Source of the DNA: Malacoraja senta
Taxonomy: Eukaryota
Assembly (NCBI GenBank): GCA_038087875.1
Contig: CM075988.1
Location: forward strand, 20,524,001 to 20,588,000
Direction of reading: 5' to 3'
DNA length: 64,000 nucleotides
Positions 62,675 to 64,000 of the stretch are shown here, in pieces. The position numbers were made by a program, and so were the translations under genes. Every line of letters starts with the position of its first letter. The first letter of the stretch is position 1. The notes under the pieces are model-generated. The model made no database searches. It saw only the letters and a list, made by a program, of their open reading frames with translations, and was not told the DNA's origin.

Positions 62675-64000
62675 AGGGATAGTATCAAAGCAAAAGATGA
62701 TGCGTACAAATTAGCCAGAAAAAGCAGCACACCAGAGGACTGGGAGAAATTCAGAGACCAGCAGAGGAGGACAAAGGGCTTAATTAGGAAAGGGAAAATA
62801 GATTATGAAAGAAAACTGGCAGGGAACATAAAAACTGACTGCAAAAGTTTTTATAGATATGTGAAGAGAAAGAGATTAGTTAAAACAAATGTAGGTCCCT
62901 TGCAGTCAGAAACAGGTGAATTGATCATGGGGAACAAGGATATGGCGGACCAATTGAATAACTACTTTGGTTCCGTCTTCACTATGGAAGACATAAATAA
63001 TCTGCCGGAAATAGCAGGGGACCGCGGGTCAAAGGAGATGGAGGAACTGAGTGAAATCCAGGTTAGTCGGGAAGTGGTGTTGGGTAAATTGAGTGGATTA
63101 AAGGCCGATAAATCACCAGGGCCAGATAGGCTGCATCCCAGAGTACTTAAGGAAGTAGCTCCAGAAATAGTGGATGCATTAGTGATAATTTTTCAAAACT
63201 CTTTAGATTCTGGAGTAGTTCCTGAGGATTGGAGGGTAGCAAACATAACCCCACTTTTTAAGAAGGGAGGGAGAGAGAAAATGGGGAATTACAGACCAGT
63301 TAGTCTAACATCGGTAGTGGGGAAACTGCTAGAGTCAGTTATTAAAGATGGGATAGCAGCACATTTGGAAAGTGGTGAAATCATTGGACAAAGTCAGCAT
63401 GGATTTACAAAAGGTAAATCATGTCTGACGAATCTTATAGAATTTTTCGAGGATGTAACTAGTAGAGTGGATAGGGGAGAACCAGTGGATGTGTTGTATC
63501 TGGACTTTCAGAAGGCTTTCGACAAGGTCCCACATAAGAGATTAGTATACAAGCTTAAAGCACACAGTATTGGGGGTTCAGTATTGATGTGGATAGAGAA
63601 CTGGCTGGCAAACAGGAAGCAAAGAGTAGGAGTAAACGGGTCCTTTTCACAATGGCAGGCGGTGACTAGTGGGGTACCGCAAGGCTCAGTGCTGGGACCC
63701 CAGCTATTTACAATTTATATTAATGAACTGGATGAGGGAATTGAAGGCAACATCTCCAAATTTGCGGATGACACTAAGCTGGGGGGCAGTGTTAGCTGTG
63801 AGGAGGATGCTAGGAGACAGCAAGGTGACTTGGATAGGCTGGGTGAGTGGGCAAATGTTTGGCAGATGCAGTATAATGTGGATAAATGTGAGGTTATCCA
63901 CTTTGGTGGCAAAAACAAGAAAGCAGACTATTATCTAAATGGTGGCCGATTAGGAAAAGGGGAGATGCAGCGAGACCTGGGTGTCATGGTACACCAGTCA
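62675..64000 (+). mobile_element. Young 5'-truncated CR1-like LINE; ORF2 appears open to the window edge
   Basis: RDSIKAKD..KSFYRYVKRK, KSPGPDRLHPRVLKE, NYRPVSLTS, YLDFQKAFDKVPH and FADDTKL. Highly similar to 21761-22480. Confidence 0.92.

Overview
Vertebrate non-coding DNA, most likely a cartilaginous fish (skate/ray/shark). This is inferred from HE1-type V-SINEs sharing 3' tails with CR1/HER1-like LINEs. I found no host protein-coding exon, rRNA, tRNA gene or CRISPR array. The window is a dense, nested mosaic of mobile elements: CR1-like, Rex1/Babar, L1-clade and L2 LINEs, a HERO-like restriction-like-endonuclease (RLE) retrotransposon, Penelope-like element (PLE) fragments, V-SINEs, DeuSINE remnants, five Harbinger-type MITEs, two non-autonomous Helitrons and a solo LTR. 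The most notable signal is three separate retroelement-borne candidate self-cleaving ribozymes. (1) A strand-rearranged (non-circularly permuted) hammerhead lies in the 3' UTR of the HERO-like element (8171-8247). (2) An HDV-like ribozyme has its predicted cleavage site exactly at the 5' boundary of a 197-bp TSD-flanked short retroelement (21670-21735, minus). (3) Many minimal hammerhead cores sit in PLE-derived, often palindromic, units. The HERO-like insertion is also bracketed by a near-perfect 620-bp direct duplication. All family assignments and RNA folds were made by eye and need database and experimental confirmation.
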